Of a stretch of 64,000 bases of DNA, positions 30,521 through 45,189 are shown in pieces; the first letter of the stretch is position 1; each line of letters starts with the position of its first letter. Source of the DNA: Eledone cirrhosa (Eukaryota); the NCBI GenBank assembly GCA_964016885.1, contig OZ024749.1:48422001-48486000 (forward strand), read 5' to 3'. Below the pieces are notes generated by a model. The model saw nothing but the letters and a program-made list of their open reading frames with translations, made no database searches and had not been told where the DNA came from. The position numbers were made by a program, and so were the translations under genes.

Positions 30521-30804
30521 AAATATATATATATATATATATATATACATTTATGTGTTTACTTAGTAGTCAAATTGTCTATAGTTCTTTGTTGATTATC
30601 TGAGAATTTTACTTCGTGAAGTAACATTTTGCAGTAAATATCAGTTGCAATTGAAAACTATAGAAGATTGAAATTGAATATTTGTAACATAAATATCCTT
30701 TTGTTTGTCTTACTTTGGTTTTCATAATTATTTTCGCTTTAATTGCGTATTAATATGAAATATAGCAATGACATAATATTACTGATATCTATTGCTAAAT
30801 AACA

Positions 30805-30843
<39 letters not shown>

Positions 30844-30904
30844 CACACAAACACAATCATATACACACATACATACATGCATACATACATACATATATAC
30901 ATAC

Positions 30905-31030
<126 letters not shown>

Positions 31031-31076
31031 GAAAAGTATAGAAATTGTTGTAGCGAGAAGCTAACAGTATTCCATA

Positions 31077-31137
<61 letters not shown>

Positions 31138-31152
31138 GAGAGAGAGAGAGAT

Positions 31153-31223
<71 letters not shown>

Positions 31224-31741
31224 GAGAGAGAGAAATAAAGATTTATAAAGATTAGCATTACAGTAGGATTAATTTCTAGCATTTAAATAGGTTTCATTGC
31301 CGTTTAGTAGATTGAAATACAGTATCGGTAAACTATATCTCATATACCTATTTCTCATATTACGTCATGGTTAACATTGTAGAATGATCAATTCTACCCA
31401 GTGGCAAACCACGAGATTTATATAGATATATATATATATATATATATGAAAAACGTAAAATAAGAAAATTATAGTAATCAGCTTACTTACTTAAATTTCA
31501 CCCCAATTAATTAGTTTGTGAAACGGAATATACATGGAGATCATGGAGAAACATTTTCGTCATCAGGGAGTCATTCTCAGCTAAGATACCTGGCGATGCG
31601 TGGACACAGGGAACTTATACACACATATTCAAAATGGTTCTATATCCCCTTGCATTGAACAACAATGTTACTAAGATATAACCTATATATTTGCTTGCAT
31701 AGGTATACATCTGTATATATATGTTGGTAGATATACTAATT

Positions 31742-31812
<71 letters not shown>

Positions 31813-32550
31813 TATATATAGCTGGGCTCTTATATATTTAATTATGAACCACTGCAGGAAAGTAATATGTAAAGTATTTGCAGTCATGATTATTATATAT
31901 GCATATTCTAATTGGCATTGTAAAAACACGGATTATGCAGAACAATATACAACGCTGTATTCCTTTTGGATATTATACATCTCATAAGTGACAATGTTTG
32001 TGTGTGCTTTTCTAATGAGGGAATATATTTCAGCATGAGAAAGTATTTGTATGCAATGTAATATTTTATTTTTATTGTTGACCTCCCTATTACATATTAT
32101 CTCTTTTATAACTAATCAAAATCATTCCATCTTTTCGATTCAAAATAAGATATAATGTAATAATATAATATGAAATAAATCACTTTGCTACATTCAATCG
32201 CACATTGCTTTAAACATATATCATGCACACATATTAAATATATGACATGTTAAAGACATTTGGATATGATATATACGATATATGTTCTCACGTATAAAAT
32301 ATTACATTGCATACATATACTTTCTCATGCTGAAATATATTCCTTCATTAGAAAAGCACACACAAACATTGTCACTTATGATATGTATAATATCCAAAAG
32401 GAATACAGCGTTGTATATTGTTCTGCATAATCCGTGTTTTTACAATGTCAATTAGAATATGCATATATAATAATCATGACTGCAAATACTTTACATATTA
32501 CTTTCCTGCAGTGGTTCATAATTAAATATATAAGAGCCCAGCTATATATA
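31813..32550. repeat. Long inverted repeat (fold-back/MITE-like), ~257-bp arms
   Basis: 31813-32069 is the reverse complement of 32294-32550 with about 4 mismatches. ~224-bp spacer. Both outer ends run into TA tracts. Confidence 0.9.
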
Positions 32551-33126
32551 TACATATATATGTGTGAATTTCCTGGACTAAGCGCCGTATAAATACATGA
32601 ATAAATAGATAAATATGTGTGTAAGCTCAAACATGTAAATTAATAGAATGATGATATAACATAAAGTAGGTGATTTAGAATTTAAAAGAGTTAACGCAAT
32701 TAATTTATCGTAGGAAGTCGGTTGATTTAACATAACTATTGGTCACGTTTCTAATTTTCATTTACTAACGGAAATCAGCTTTCATAATGGAGTAAATAGA
32801 ATACTGTAGTCGGTTTCTGTCCAAATATAGATTAAAACAACATCTACTTGCAAACGCTTGGCTGGCTTTTTAAGAGATAACAATCTAAGAAGTCTAGGTT
32901 TTGTCTTTGCATTTCCACTTAATGCTTCTGAAAGAACAATTCTTTGTGTACCAAATTCGCTAACTTTAACTAAAGCAAATATACGTTGGTTTTAAAGAAT
33001 AGATTAAAAGAAATACTGGAATACAGTCAAAACCTCAGACAAACTGGACCTATATTCAGTCAATAAAATGTGTCACTTAGTCAGCACTAAACATCTAAAC
33101 ATTGAAAGATGCAAATATATATATAT

Positions 33127-33202
33127 AAAGGAAAATGTTTAACCCCGACGGCAGCGCTCAATCTGTTTCGCCGACTATTTCTGGACACCTCCAGAAACAG
33201 AC
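33127..33202 (-). mobile_element. Diverged family E fragment
   Basis: AACCCCGACGGCAGCGCTCAATCTGTTTCGCCGACTATTTCTGGA aligns with 21905-21950. Short hairpin TTTCTGGA CACC TCCAGAAA. Starts at a TA run. Confidence 0.65.
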
Positions 33203-33609
33203 ATGTGTGAGTATGAGTTAATGACTGCGGGTATGTGTGTGAGTCTGTGTGTGTGTGTACGAGAGTGTGTGTGATGTACTTTGTGTATTTGCGAACGTGG
33301 GCATTGAAGACGGAATAACGTATAATTAAAGACTAGAAATTATACACGAATTAATCAAATCATATTCCATTTTTATATTTCCGTTAACAAATATTATTTC
33401 ATTATACGAATATCTACATATTCTTATAGTAATTAATCAATTATCTAATTAAATATTTCATAGCTAATCCCGATATTTTTATATTGAAAACTATTACCCT
33501 TTGCCTTCAGTGATGGAGTGAGTGAGTGCATTTTTGTTTTCTCTTAATGAGGAATATTTTGTATATATGCATGTATGCATGCATATATGTGTTTGTCTGC
33601 AAGTATTCA

Positions 33610-33666
<57 letters not shown>

Positions 33667-35589
33667 ATGAGATAGAGAGAGAGAGAAAGTTTTTTCTGGA
33701 GTGTATTCTTCAGGCAATTCTGATCTGCCATAATTAATTGACTCATTAGCCCGGTGTTTAGAGCTGCCCTCTAGACTTTCATAGGATAACGACACGTTTA
33801 AATACATCACCAATAGAGCTAATCTGGTACATTTATTTTGATGTTTTATATTCTATATTGCAGACTTTCTGAATACAAAATGCAAACACACAAACACATA
33901 TACACAAACACATACACACTGACATTCATATATATATATATATATATATATACGATGTATATATATAGTAGAATTAGGCACCGACCAATTCCCTCATGTC
34001 TGGAGAAGCGAAATATATGGTTTCATTGAGTAAACAGAATGTTTTTAAACTGAAATTTCTACCAAATATTTTCTTTATTTTCTGGAGGAAGACTTAAGTT
34101 GAATACCCTAAATGAGGCATCAAAATGTGGGAATTAATTATTTGCAAAATCAATCCGCTATTTTCTGTTTATTTGTATTTTTCAGTAGTTGACTTCCCAT
34201 AACATTAGCACTGATCATACTCTTCCAAATATTGATATCCAATTATTTTCACATTTTAAAATCCTTTGAGAAGTACTCTTTAGTAGATGGAAATTATGGG
34301 ATTAGAAGATTTGTCGTCTATTTTTCAGTGGAGTAATGAAATTCTGATGTAATTATCTTTCTTTTTCTACTAAATAACATGAGAACAAGAGACAGAATCT
34401 CATTTCAGTTTCTAAGGAGTGATTTTGTTTTCTTACCGAAGCCCTACAAATCTATGTTGCCTTATATAGAGAGCATATAATGTAATGCTATGTATACTGA
34501 TTAAGGCAATGTACTCGATAATCACCTCACTAATCTCCTAATTAGTATCAGTATTATGCGAGCAGTAATTTACTGACCTATTTTATGTAAGAATATGAGT
34601 GTATGTGTTCCTGTGTCTGTGTATGTAGTATAGTAGCTGAAGGACTTGCAATAAGAAACACATATTTTTTAATTCAGATATGAGGAACATCAATCGATGC
34701 GAAGATTTTATAATATATTACATTGTTAGTAAATATTGAAATTCGTGTAATTAACTAATTCGTATTATTTCCCTCAACGCATTCAATTGTTAATTATGCA
34801 AATTATTCCAGCCACAGATAATTTGTAACATTCAGTTGAACTCTGAAAATATATGTCATCGTGTAATCAGGTTTTCTTGTTTATATTATAATATGTTCTT
34901 AGGATCAAATACACAGAAATAGGTCCAAATTTATCCCTTGCCAACACAGATCAATATTTTTCTGCCCCAGGCTTGTCAATTGATTTTGAGAAATTCCTAA
35001 TTTCTTTACATGTTTTCCCCTTGAGAAATTCCATATAGTGGTTGTTTTCTGTCTTAAACGAAGTGTTATATTTCAGTTAATTACTAATTGAGTAGTCAAC
35101 GCCGTGAAATATAATTTGACATAATTTAGTTTACTCACAAATAGGTCGATTTAAAATAATGTGTTTTTTCTGGGATAGAAAAAGTATGAGAAAAGCAGGT
35201 TCATTAAATCAAACTCAGTACTAGACAGGTAAATTATTTATTCACCCTGGTGTGATGTAAATGCAAACATTTTGCCCGCAGAAGATAAAGTTGTAGCTAA
35301 ATGGCGTCATGTATTTTGAAAATCATACATAAAGGTCTGTTATTCCATCCATCCAGCAGATATAATAGATGTTAATATATACAAGATATGGATATATACT
35401 TCTCTATAATAAACAGTAAATTAGAAATTGCTAACACACTTTCAATGTGTGTTTCTGAAATTTCAGAAATAGTGAATTATCTTTTACTTATTAATTGCGG
35501 TCGAAAAGATAAGGAATATATCTTAATGGCGTCATTGAGTTGATTAACATAGGTACATATATATATACATACATAAATACATACATATA

Positions 35590-35604
35590 ACTACTACTAC
35601 TACA

Positions 35605-35693
<89 letters not shown>
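35590..35693. repeat. (CTA)n microsatellite
   Basis: Direct reading. Confidence 0.95.
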
Positions 35694-35772
35694 CAGTAGC
35701 ATTAGCAGTTATATTATTAGTAATATCATTATTATGATTCCTGTTGTTGTTGTCATTATTATTATTATTATT

Positions 35773-36745
35773 GTTTTTATTTTCTTTCATTATTGTTTCT
35801 GAGATATATGCCGTGTGTCTTCCTGACACCTAGAGCAAATGAATTCACAGTGTGCATTGGTAAGCCAGTTAATACAGCACATTGATTATAATTAAAAAAA
35901 ACAACAACAACAAAAAAACAGTATACATATATACACATGTGCATATGCATATGTAAATACAAGGAGGGATATCAATCTTACATAGATAGTGCTCTTCTCA
36001 ATACGTGCGCAGTTCCAGTCAAAACAATTTTGTGCACCTCGTGCAGAGAGGGTAAACCAGGAATCATTCGCAAACATTGTTCTGTTCCTTTCTTGATCAT
36101 TCCCAGTCCTGCCACAATCACTGGTACTGTAACGGCCTTGAGGTGCCACATTTTCCCAATTTCAATAAGCAGATCTTTATAATTTTGTAGCTTGTCAAAT
36201 TCTTTTGCCGTGATATTGTGATCACATGGGATGCTCATATCTATCAATAAACAGACCTTGTCATGTTGATCCTTTACAATGATGTCAGGTCTATTTGCTC
36301 TTATAGTCCTGTCAGTATGTACAGGAAAGTCCCAGATAGTTCTTACTTTTTCTCCTTCAGTTAGAGCCTCTGGGTGATGATTGTACCACTTGTCTTCAGC
36401 TTTGATTTTGTAATGTCGACATATTACCCAGTGTAGATATTGGCTAACTCTGTTATGTCTATATTAATATTCTACTGGTGCTAAAACCTTACATCCAGAG
36501 ACTAAGTTATCCACTGTTTCAACCTCAGCATTGCAGAATCGACACTTTGAGTTCATTCCGTTTCTCATCACATTGACCTGGTAATTACGAGTCAATAAGC
36601 TTTGATCTTGGGCAGCTAAGATGAAGCCTTCACTCTCCGCCTTTAGCTCTGAACTACGTAGCCACTGATGGGTGTGCTTTTGGTCAACATCAGCTTGTTT
36701 GCTACGGGCCACATATTTGCCATGCAGAAGACTCTGCTCCCAATT
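35773..36745 (-). mobile_element. 5'-truncated Dong/R4-clade non-LTR retrotransposon (zinc knuckle + restriction-like endonuclease + 3' UTR)
   Basis: Single frame 36745-35978 with one premature stop at 36464: WEQSLLHGKY..HQWL..FILAAQDQSLLTRNY..CRFC...ETVDNLVSGC..Y*YRHN..WDFPVHTDRTIRANRPDIIV..LIDMSIP..KLQNYKDL..W. Shows the CCHC relic, RHN and PD..D RLE motifs. Flanked by (TAA)n at both ends, the known Dong/R4 target. Confidence 0.92.
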
Positions 36746-36939
<194 letters not shown>

Positions 36940-37005
36940 TGAGCTTGACTATAGGTATGACTGTGTTGTATATGTGTTAATTCGTTTAATTATCTCTCTC
37001 TCTCC

Positions 37006-37063
<58 letters not shown>

Positions 37064-37699
37064 TTGCATTCATACACGTGTGAACCGACACTTACGTATA
37101 TGTATTAGACATACACAAATGTATCATTAATATATGCCTACGATAAACTAGATGTATATGAATAAATATTCCGAAAGTAGGTGATATATTATGTAAGATT
37201 TGCCGCTGGAATTTTATAAAATCCGCTAGTTAAAGTTTGCTAATATGTTTCACTAAGTATATTTTATTCTGCAATGTAAGGTATAAAGCTTTTCCAGCCT
37301 AATTCGTAAGAACTATATAGCTTCCTTATTCTGAGCAAGTATAATGCTATAAACTTCAAACAAATATGATCTATTTCCTGATTTTACTTGTTCGATAGCA
37401 TTGCACAAGTAGGGATAGCAGTAGCTAGTCATGTGTTTAGATGTTTTAAGAGATAGAAATGCGTTCAAGAGAAAATTATGATAGATGTAGAAACACATCA
37501 TTTATTTTATTTTATGTTTCAATTTCTGATGATACATAGAATATACTTCATCCGATGTTTAAAAGCTGAAAATTCAACTATTCTACGAAATTCTATCGCA
37601 ACTAGCAAAATTTATTTTTTTCTTGTTTGTTTATTGTACAAATCAGAAAGTAACATATTAAACTCAATCTCAGTGAATCAAATTTTATTTAATTCATTG

Positions 37700-37732
<33 letters not shown>

Positions 37733-38278
37733 TATATTCATCACATTACTGATCCCACATTCACCATGGATGTGAAATGTAATGCGTACTTACTACAATA
37801 TTGATTCGTTTCTTTTATATCTCAAAGAGTGGAATTACATTTATAGTAATTATATAAAAGGAATAGTGTTACGTTTGAATCTTTCTGAATAATATTGGGA
37901 GGAAACAGGAAAGGGAAAACCTTAGGTAATTGGGTCCCGATGTCGTTTGTAGGTCTACGTGATGTATCGTTTGTAGTTCTAAGATTCGCTTTAAGCTACT
38001 CTGTGTATGGGTTTTAGTTCTGCATGTATTGTATGGAAATGCGTGATGATTGTATGGAAATATTCGATGATTATGTCAAAGAATGAGTTTTACAGTAGAT
38101 TGACTACCTTGATTAAATCTTAACCATTTAACACCTTAGGGTATGTCATGTATCATTATATTTTGTCTCATGAGGACGTACTGTTGTATAACCGAAATAT
38201 ATATAATAAAATGTAATTGATCAAAAGAACATCTATTTTATTAATACGTATATTTTAATATTACATATTATATATACA

Positions 38279-39009
38279 TTGAGTGAGCTGGAATTTGGCC
38301 GGAGTATCGCTTTTAGCTTTGTCCGATTATGTATTTATTTATTTACTCTTGGTGCAACAGATATGAACTTTCCCGATATAAGGTATGACTCTCTTTGTTT
38401 ATTTCTTTATATGAATATTGATTGTTTGTTCTTGTATCTCATTCCGTTATTTTGCCTGTGAAAATACATGTGTGTGTCATCAAGAGATGCGCACGCATGG
38501 CTATTTTTTCAATTCAATTGATTTCTAGCACGTGGCTTGAATTCTTTCAGAATTCATTGACCTGCGCATGTATTGTTTTTTGGCAGTAATCTCCTTCCAC
38601 CTATTTTCGTGACAGTGTGAAATTTTCTTTAGAACTGCTGGACTAACGACCTAGAAAATCCGTTAAGCACATTGATGTTGATTTAGCTATCAATATTAAT
38701 GTTATTTTGCACCCACTGAAGAATTATAAGAGCCCACTTGAATAAGTATTTGTTGTTCTTATACAAGCTTCTACATAAATTGGTATAATTTCACCCAACT
38801 TGTAGAAATCTTATAATGAAACGAGACGTCCGTCTGGGAGAGAGATATTTGATATACCTCATATGAAATGATACAGCCAATTTTCCACACAATGCAGTTA
38901 GTTAGCACCACGAACGTTTAATTAGGAATATACTCAGGTATTTCCTAATGTTTGTTGAGTGAGCTGGAATTTGGCCGGAGTATCGTTTTAGCTTTCTCAG
39001 ATTATGTAT
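38279..39009 (+). mobile_element. Retrozyme/PLE-like non-coding unit (676-bp period) with ~55-bp terminal direct repeats
   Basis: TTGAGTGAGCTGGAATTTGGCCGGAGTATCG..TTAGCTTT..GATTATGTAT at 38279-38334 and 38955-39009. No meaningful ORF, internal hammerhead, TA-rich flanks. Confidence 0.65.
38712..38838 (+). ncRNA. Type-I hammerhead ribozyme with expanded, branched helix II
   Basis: Helix I CCCA(38712-15)/TGGG(38835-38); core CTGAAGA (38716-22); helix II ATTATAAGA(38723-31)/TCTTATAAT(38809-17); GAAA (38818-21); helix III ACG/CGT; GUC triplet with predicted cleavage after 38834. Confidence 0.75.
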
Positions 39010-39241
39010 GTATATATATATATATATATATATTGATAAAAGGAAAAGAAAAATGCTGACAAATTGTTCACAGTGAAAAATAGTTGCATTAGGAATAAGT
39101 AAACATTACTAATAGTATTGGTTAGTATTCAGTTTGGGTTTTAAGTTTTACCGGTTGCGAATTTCTAATGCTTTTCAAAAATAATTTTGAGATAGAGCGC
39201 CCGTGATGTTGGCTCTAATATATATATATATATATATATTA

Positions 39242-39382
39242 ATATAGATGAGATTCTACAGGACTAGAACTGTTTCACTCTTTAGAAATCATCAGGAATC
39301 TCATCTATATAAAAATGTTATACTCTGCAATGTATTGAGTACCTTACTTACTGTGGTTACCTCCGATTCAACCCGGAATAAC

Positions 39383-39383
<1 letters not shown>
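39242..39383. mobile_element. Family D element with hammerhead on minus strand and tail on plus strand
   Basis: Minus 39310-39242: ATATAGATGAGATTC CTGATGA TTTCTAAAGAGT GAAA CAG TTCTAGTC CTG TA GAATCTCATCTATAT (15-bp helix I). Tail with GTATTGAGTAC (39332-39342) matches 63421-63502. Confidence 0.85.
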
Positions 39384-39452
<69 letters not shown>

Positions 39453-40316
39453 GTATATATATATATAACATCATTTATTTTTAGATATATACAATATATG
39501 AGGAAATGCATATATTTATATATATATATATATATGTCTGTGTGTGTGTGTATGTCCAGCTAAGAATATATTTCATTTACCTTTAGAACACACGTCCACA
39601 AGGAGAGAGAAAATAACATTTACATGTAATTGCACTTTCACATATATTAACACACACAAAGACATATCTTTATAATAGATATAAAGAAAAAAGTTATCAA
39701 CAAATTGCTAGGAATGAAAGCAGGTTCAAATAAACTTAAACATATGTCAAATAAACGATAGAAACCTCAAATAGAAAACGCTTGCATATGAACAGAGACA
39801 AACGATATTAGCTGCTGAAACATAATGTATTAACAATGAAGCCAATCACTTTCAATTAAGAGTCTGCTGGACAAAGTAAGGTTTCTAGCATTCTACAGTA
39901 GCAAACAATATAGTGTAAACGTCGGTGCCAAAGGAAACCCATTAGTTATTATTGGTTGTTAGGAAGAAAAAAAAAAAAAAATACTGAAATCACGTCATGC
40001 TAGAGAGAATGTTTCAGTAACATATTGTTGGTAACACTTATGTAAATTTACACTGAGTGCAGGAATAATAGCACTTATGTTAAGCAGTTTCCTCTTCGCT
40101 CACGTATAGTGGGGTCCAGTTCCTTATTTAGCGCGGTTTCCTTTTCTGATAGGATAGTCAGGAATGTGGGTCTGACATCTGAAACCCCAAACAACCCTCC
40201 CAGAAATACATAGGTGGCAGCGACAAGCCATATAGGAGCACATTGTCGTACAATATTCAATTAAAAAATAGCAGTCTTTTGACAAGGAGTATCAATCAAC
40301 GTATATATATATATAT

Positions 40317-40866
40317 GGCGGCTGCCAACTCGTTTTCGAGTAAGGCCACTACTTTATATCCATGTAGGAGAACTACCGATGTGCTGAACGAGTGTGACTT
40401 TTTAGTCCAGCCAGTGACTTGAAAACTCTGGTACAAACACTACACTTGTGACAATTATTGACACATAGTGCTGGGTCCATGGTACCATGTGACGACAAAT
40501 GCAGAGAGATCTGCAGATATAAAGCAATGCCTGTTCCGTGAAGCTTTTATAGTGAGCAAAGGCACTGCACAAAGCCAGTCCCACTCTCTTAACCAAGATG
40601 ATATTAACCAAAAAGAAGAAAAAGTCAACATCATTGGATACCATCAGAGTTGCAGGTGTTATATCAGAGTTTTCCTTCTCCTAGAATTCTGCGTTGACAA
40701 AGGCTAAGGGGTCATCTCTCCCGGTGATTGTGAATGGCCATTGACTCTTAAGAGCTCCTTTGCCCTTTGACAGGTTTTGTTTTTAGTCCTACGGGATGTT
40801 CAAAGTCACCCTCCTCACCAAGAAACCTTGGTGGGGTTGCCAGTTTAGTCGCCAACGACCCGACCA
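40317..40866 (-). mobile_element. Non-autonomous RTE-derived bipartite retroelement, near full length (~550 bp)
   Basis: GC-rich RTE-like 5' UTR with CTAGGAGAAGGAAAACTCTGA, joined to CHKCSVCTRVFKSLAGLKSHTRSAHR*. Short 3' UTR with hairpin ACTCG AAAA CGAGT, then a (TA)n tail. Second copy at 555-876. Confidence 0.85.
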
Positions 40867-40902
40867 TATGTGTGTGTGTATATATATATGTATATATATA
40901 TG

Positions 40903-41025
<123 letters not shown>

Positions 41026-41078
41026 GCACACACACACATACACACACACATATATATATATATATATACATATCTCTT

Positions 41079-41159
<81 letters not shown>

Positions 41160-42232
41160 AGAGAGAGAGAGTTACTTCCATAACAATTTAGCAAACCATA
41201 CTCGGGGCCGCATCTTCCAGTATCGATTGCTAATATGCTGTGGAACTAACTCTATATGGAACTCATCATCTGGACTGAGTGCTTTACTTATTACATATGC
41301 AAACTAACTTGTTTTTACCACGACACACAGATACACACACACACACGTGTGCATACACATACACACACATTCATATATATTTATGCATATATATATCAAT
41401 TGTGTGTGCGTGTGTATGTGTATGTGTGAGTATGTGGGTGTGTGTGTATATGTGTATGTGTGTATGTGTGTGTGTGCATAGTATAGTTTAAATTTGTTTT
41501 ACCTAACACTGGCGAAGTAAAACCAACCAGATCTGTGTTTGCTTTTACGCAATATATCCTTTCATTGCATTTTTTTCCGCATATGTAACCCTTGTGGCAA
41601 TAAAATAAATTATTATGTTTTAAAAGACGCTGTTATTATTTTTTTTTTTTCATGTTATGAAAATTTGATGTTACTTTAGAAATAGAATTGGGAATAGTAG
41701 GAACAAAGGTAAGAAAACAAAAATAAAACACATTTTTCAATATAAATATAAAAAGAACATTAAAAGGAAACTATATTTTCTTCAATATACGAATATTCCT
41801 GAAAGAATGTGTCACGTGTATTTGAGTACAGTATTCTAAATATTACTGTGGTTGGTCTTAGATATAAATTTAACAAGGTTTCTTTGTTTTCACAAAGTAA
41901 TAGGCAGTTAATGACATGCGCAAATAAAAACACGAAGTAGAGAAGCATCTATTTTGAAAGCACCGACACATATGCTCACATATGATAAATCATACATATA
42001 CCCAGTCACAGCCATATATGCATACATACACACAAAAGCACAATTACATAGACAGTTCCATTTTGTAAGTTCCATAATGAATATCTCCTTTGAAACGCAC
42101 GCTTTATGTATGTTTCTTTATAAGACTATGTATAACATAATTGTATATACATATAAAATATTTGCAATCGACTTATAATGTATATGAACACATGAAAATA
42201 TTTTCCCACACACCACACTCACAATAATGAGA

Positions 42233-42278
<46 letters not shown>

Positions 42279-43346
42279 AGTAATAATAATACATTTGAAG
42301 ACTAATTATATATATATATATATTATATATATATATATGTAGGTATACAAGCGTGTGTGTTCGGGTGGAGGTACTTACAAAAAAAAAATGAAATCTATCT
42401 ACCACACTTATACAATTATTTTGATCAGATTAAAGTGAGAATATTTGTTTACTACCAATTGAAATCTTTGATGGGGCGAGCACCACACAGTACTGTGCAA
42501 AATGGGAAATTATTCAACATATATCCATAGAAATATAGAGACATACTTATTTCTGTAACAAAAAGATACCTTTCACAACAAAAGGATAAATAACTGCATA
42601 TATATTAAACAAAAATCTATATCAATTGAAACAGTATATGATGAGAGGAAACAGATTACATTCTTCTACTCTATTCCCACTTAATAACTATATTTTACAC
42701 CAGTAATACAAAAATGTTTATATATTAAGTATAATTATGAATTATGCTGTCTTACATCATATACATCATAAGTATTATACCTATCACTCATTAAATGTTC
42801 TCTACTCTATTTCCTTACTCTCTGTAAACATTCTCCCGTCTCTCTGCCTAAATTTCGCAGAATATTCACAAACAAACAATTGAGTGTGTATGTATGTAGA
42901 TGAGTGATATGTAGATGTGCATCTTTATGAGTGTGTATGTATGTAGATCATTGATATGCAGATGTACGTATTTTGTGTGTGTATGCATGTATATGTGTGT
43001 TTCTGCATGTATATGTGTATGTGTGTGTCTATGTAAAGCACAAATTGGTAACAGCATTTAAAACAACGTGGCGAAAAACATCGATGAAAAGATAACACAA
43101 TGAATAGAAAAGATGTAGCAACAATATTTATAAGCCCAGAATTTGAACAATAATATTGCCATAATTTGGGTTTCATTTAAATATATATTTTTTTATGTTT
43201 TCCCTAATGACTTTTTCAAAATGTGCATCTTATTTTACTTTTCTTTCCCGCATTGTTCTTATACGTTATTTATCTTCATTACTATTTGGTATGTCACATT
43301 ACATACACGCACCCACCATACCACACATACAAACACACAATATGTA

Positions 43347-43451
<105 letters not shown>

Positions 43452-43739
43452 CATACTTGGGGAGGGCATATTTGTGTAATATTGCAAGAATTAATAACAA
43501 AACACACTCACTGTTTGGTTGGTTTTCGCTTCTGTAACATTTATATCGGTTAATTTAATTTATTCGGTCCTCAATGTTGCCATTGACTAACCAACGGTCA
43601 AAAATACAGATACAATATAGACACAAACACATATATATATAGTATATCAAAGTTCTTTAGTTGCACGTCTGCAACATCCTCAGTGTTGCTATTATGTTTC
43701 CTCCCGTTGCATTGAATGTTTACGTCATCTTTTTCGCAA

Positions 43740-44342
<603 letters not shown>

Positions 44343-44436
44343 TATATCTTGTTTATCTTACTCTCTGTATATCTATACATTTCCCGCTGTTTTTAGGTCT
44401 TTTATCTATCTCCCACACTGCTAATTGCAGAACATC

Positions 44437-44508
44437 GTTGTTAATGCTGTAGGTAAAATTACTTGTTGTTAATGCTGTAGGTAAAATTACTTGCTGTTAA
44501 TGTTCTAT
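44437..44508. repeat. 28-bp tandem repeat, ~2.5 copies
   Basis: GTTGTTAATGCTGTAGGTAAAATTACTT twice plus a partial degenerate copy. Confidence 0.9.
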
Positions 44509-44735
44509 AGACAGCATTCTATATTTACGTGATATGACAACGTGTATTCATATTTTTATAACACAACTTCGCCATCTATAATGACACAAAGTATACATGC
44601 TAATTCATAGAACTGCGCAAATGCAAATACAACCGCATCCATTTATAAATAAACATAAACACATTGACATATAAATGCATATATATATATATATATATAT
44701 ATATGTATTTATATGTCAATGTGTTTATGTTTATT

Positions 44736-44846
<111 letters not shown>

Positions 44847-45104
44847 TATATATATGCTTTGACACACACACAACACAAATCTAAATACTTAATTATATGC
44901 AGCGTGCAGAAGAAGTATATAGAATATTGTTTCCAAGTTCAGTTCAACCTTTTCCTCATTCAAACATGTCTTTCTTTCTCTCTCTAAATCAATTTATTCA
45001 CATTTCTATTCCTCTCATGCGCCTTTTCTCTCCATATATATATATATATATATATATAATGGTAGAACACTGGTGGGTTATATCCGTAGTAGTAGAGCAA
45101 TCAG

Positions 45105-45189
<85 letters not shown>

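Noticed and set aside
31447-31680. TA-flanked island with minus-strand CTGATGA and a TTTCAC/GTGAAA hairpin
   Set aside because: Helices I and II could not be assembled consistently. May be a decayed member but is unsupported.
40120-40170. Minus-strand CTGACTA..GAAACCGCGCTA hammerhead-like string
   Set aside because: The core has a G8 substitution, and helices II and III do not pair in register.
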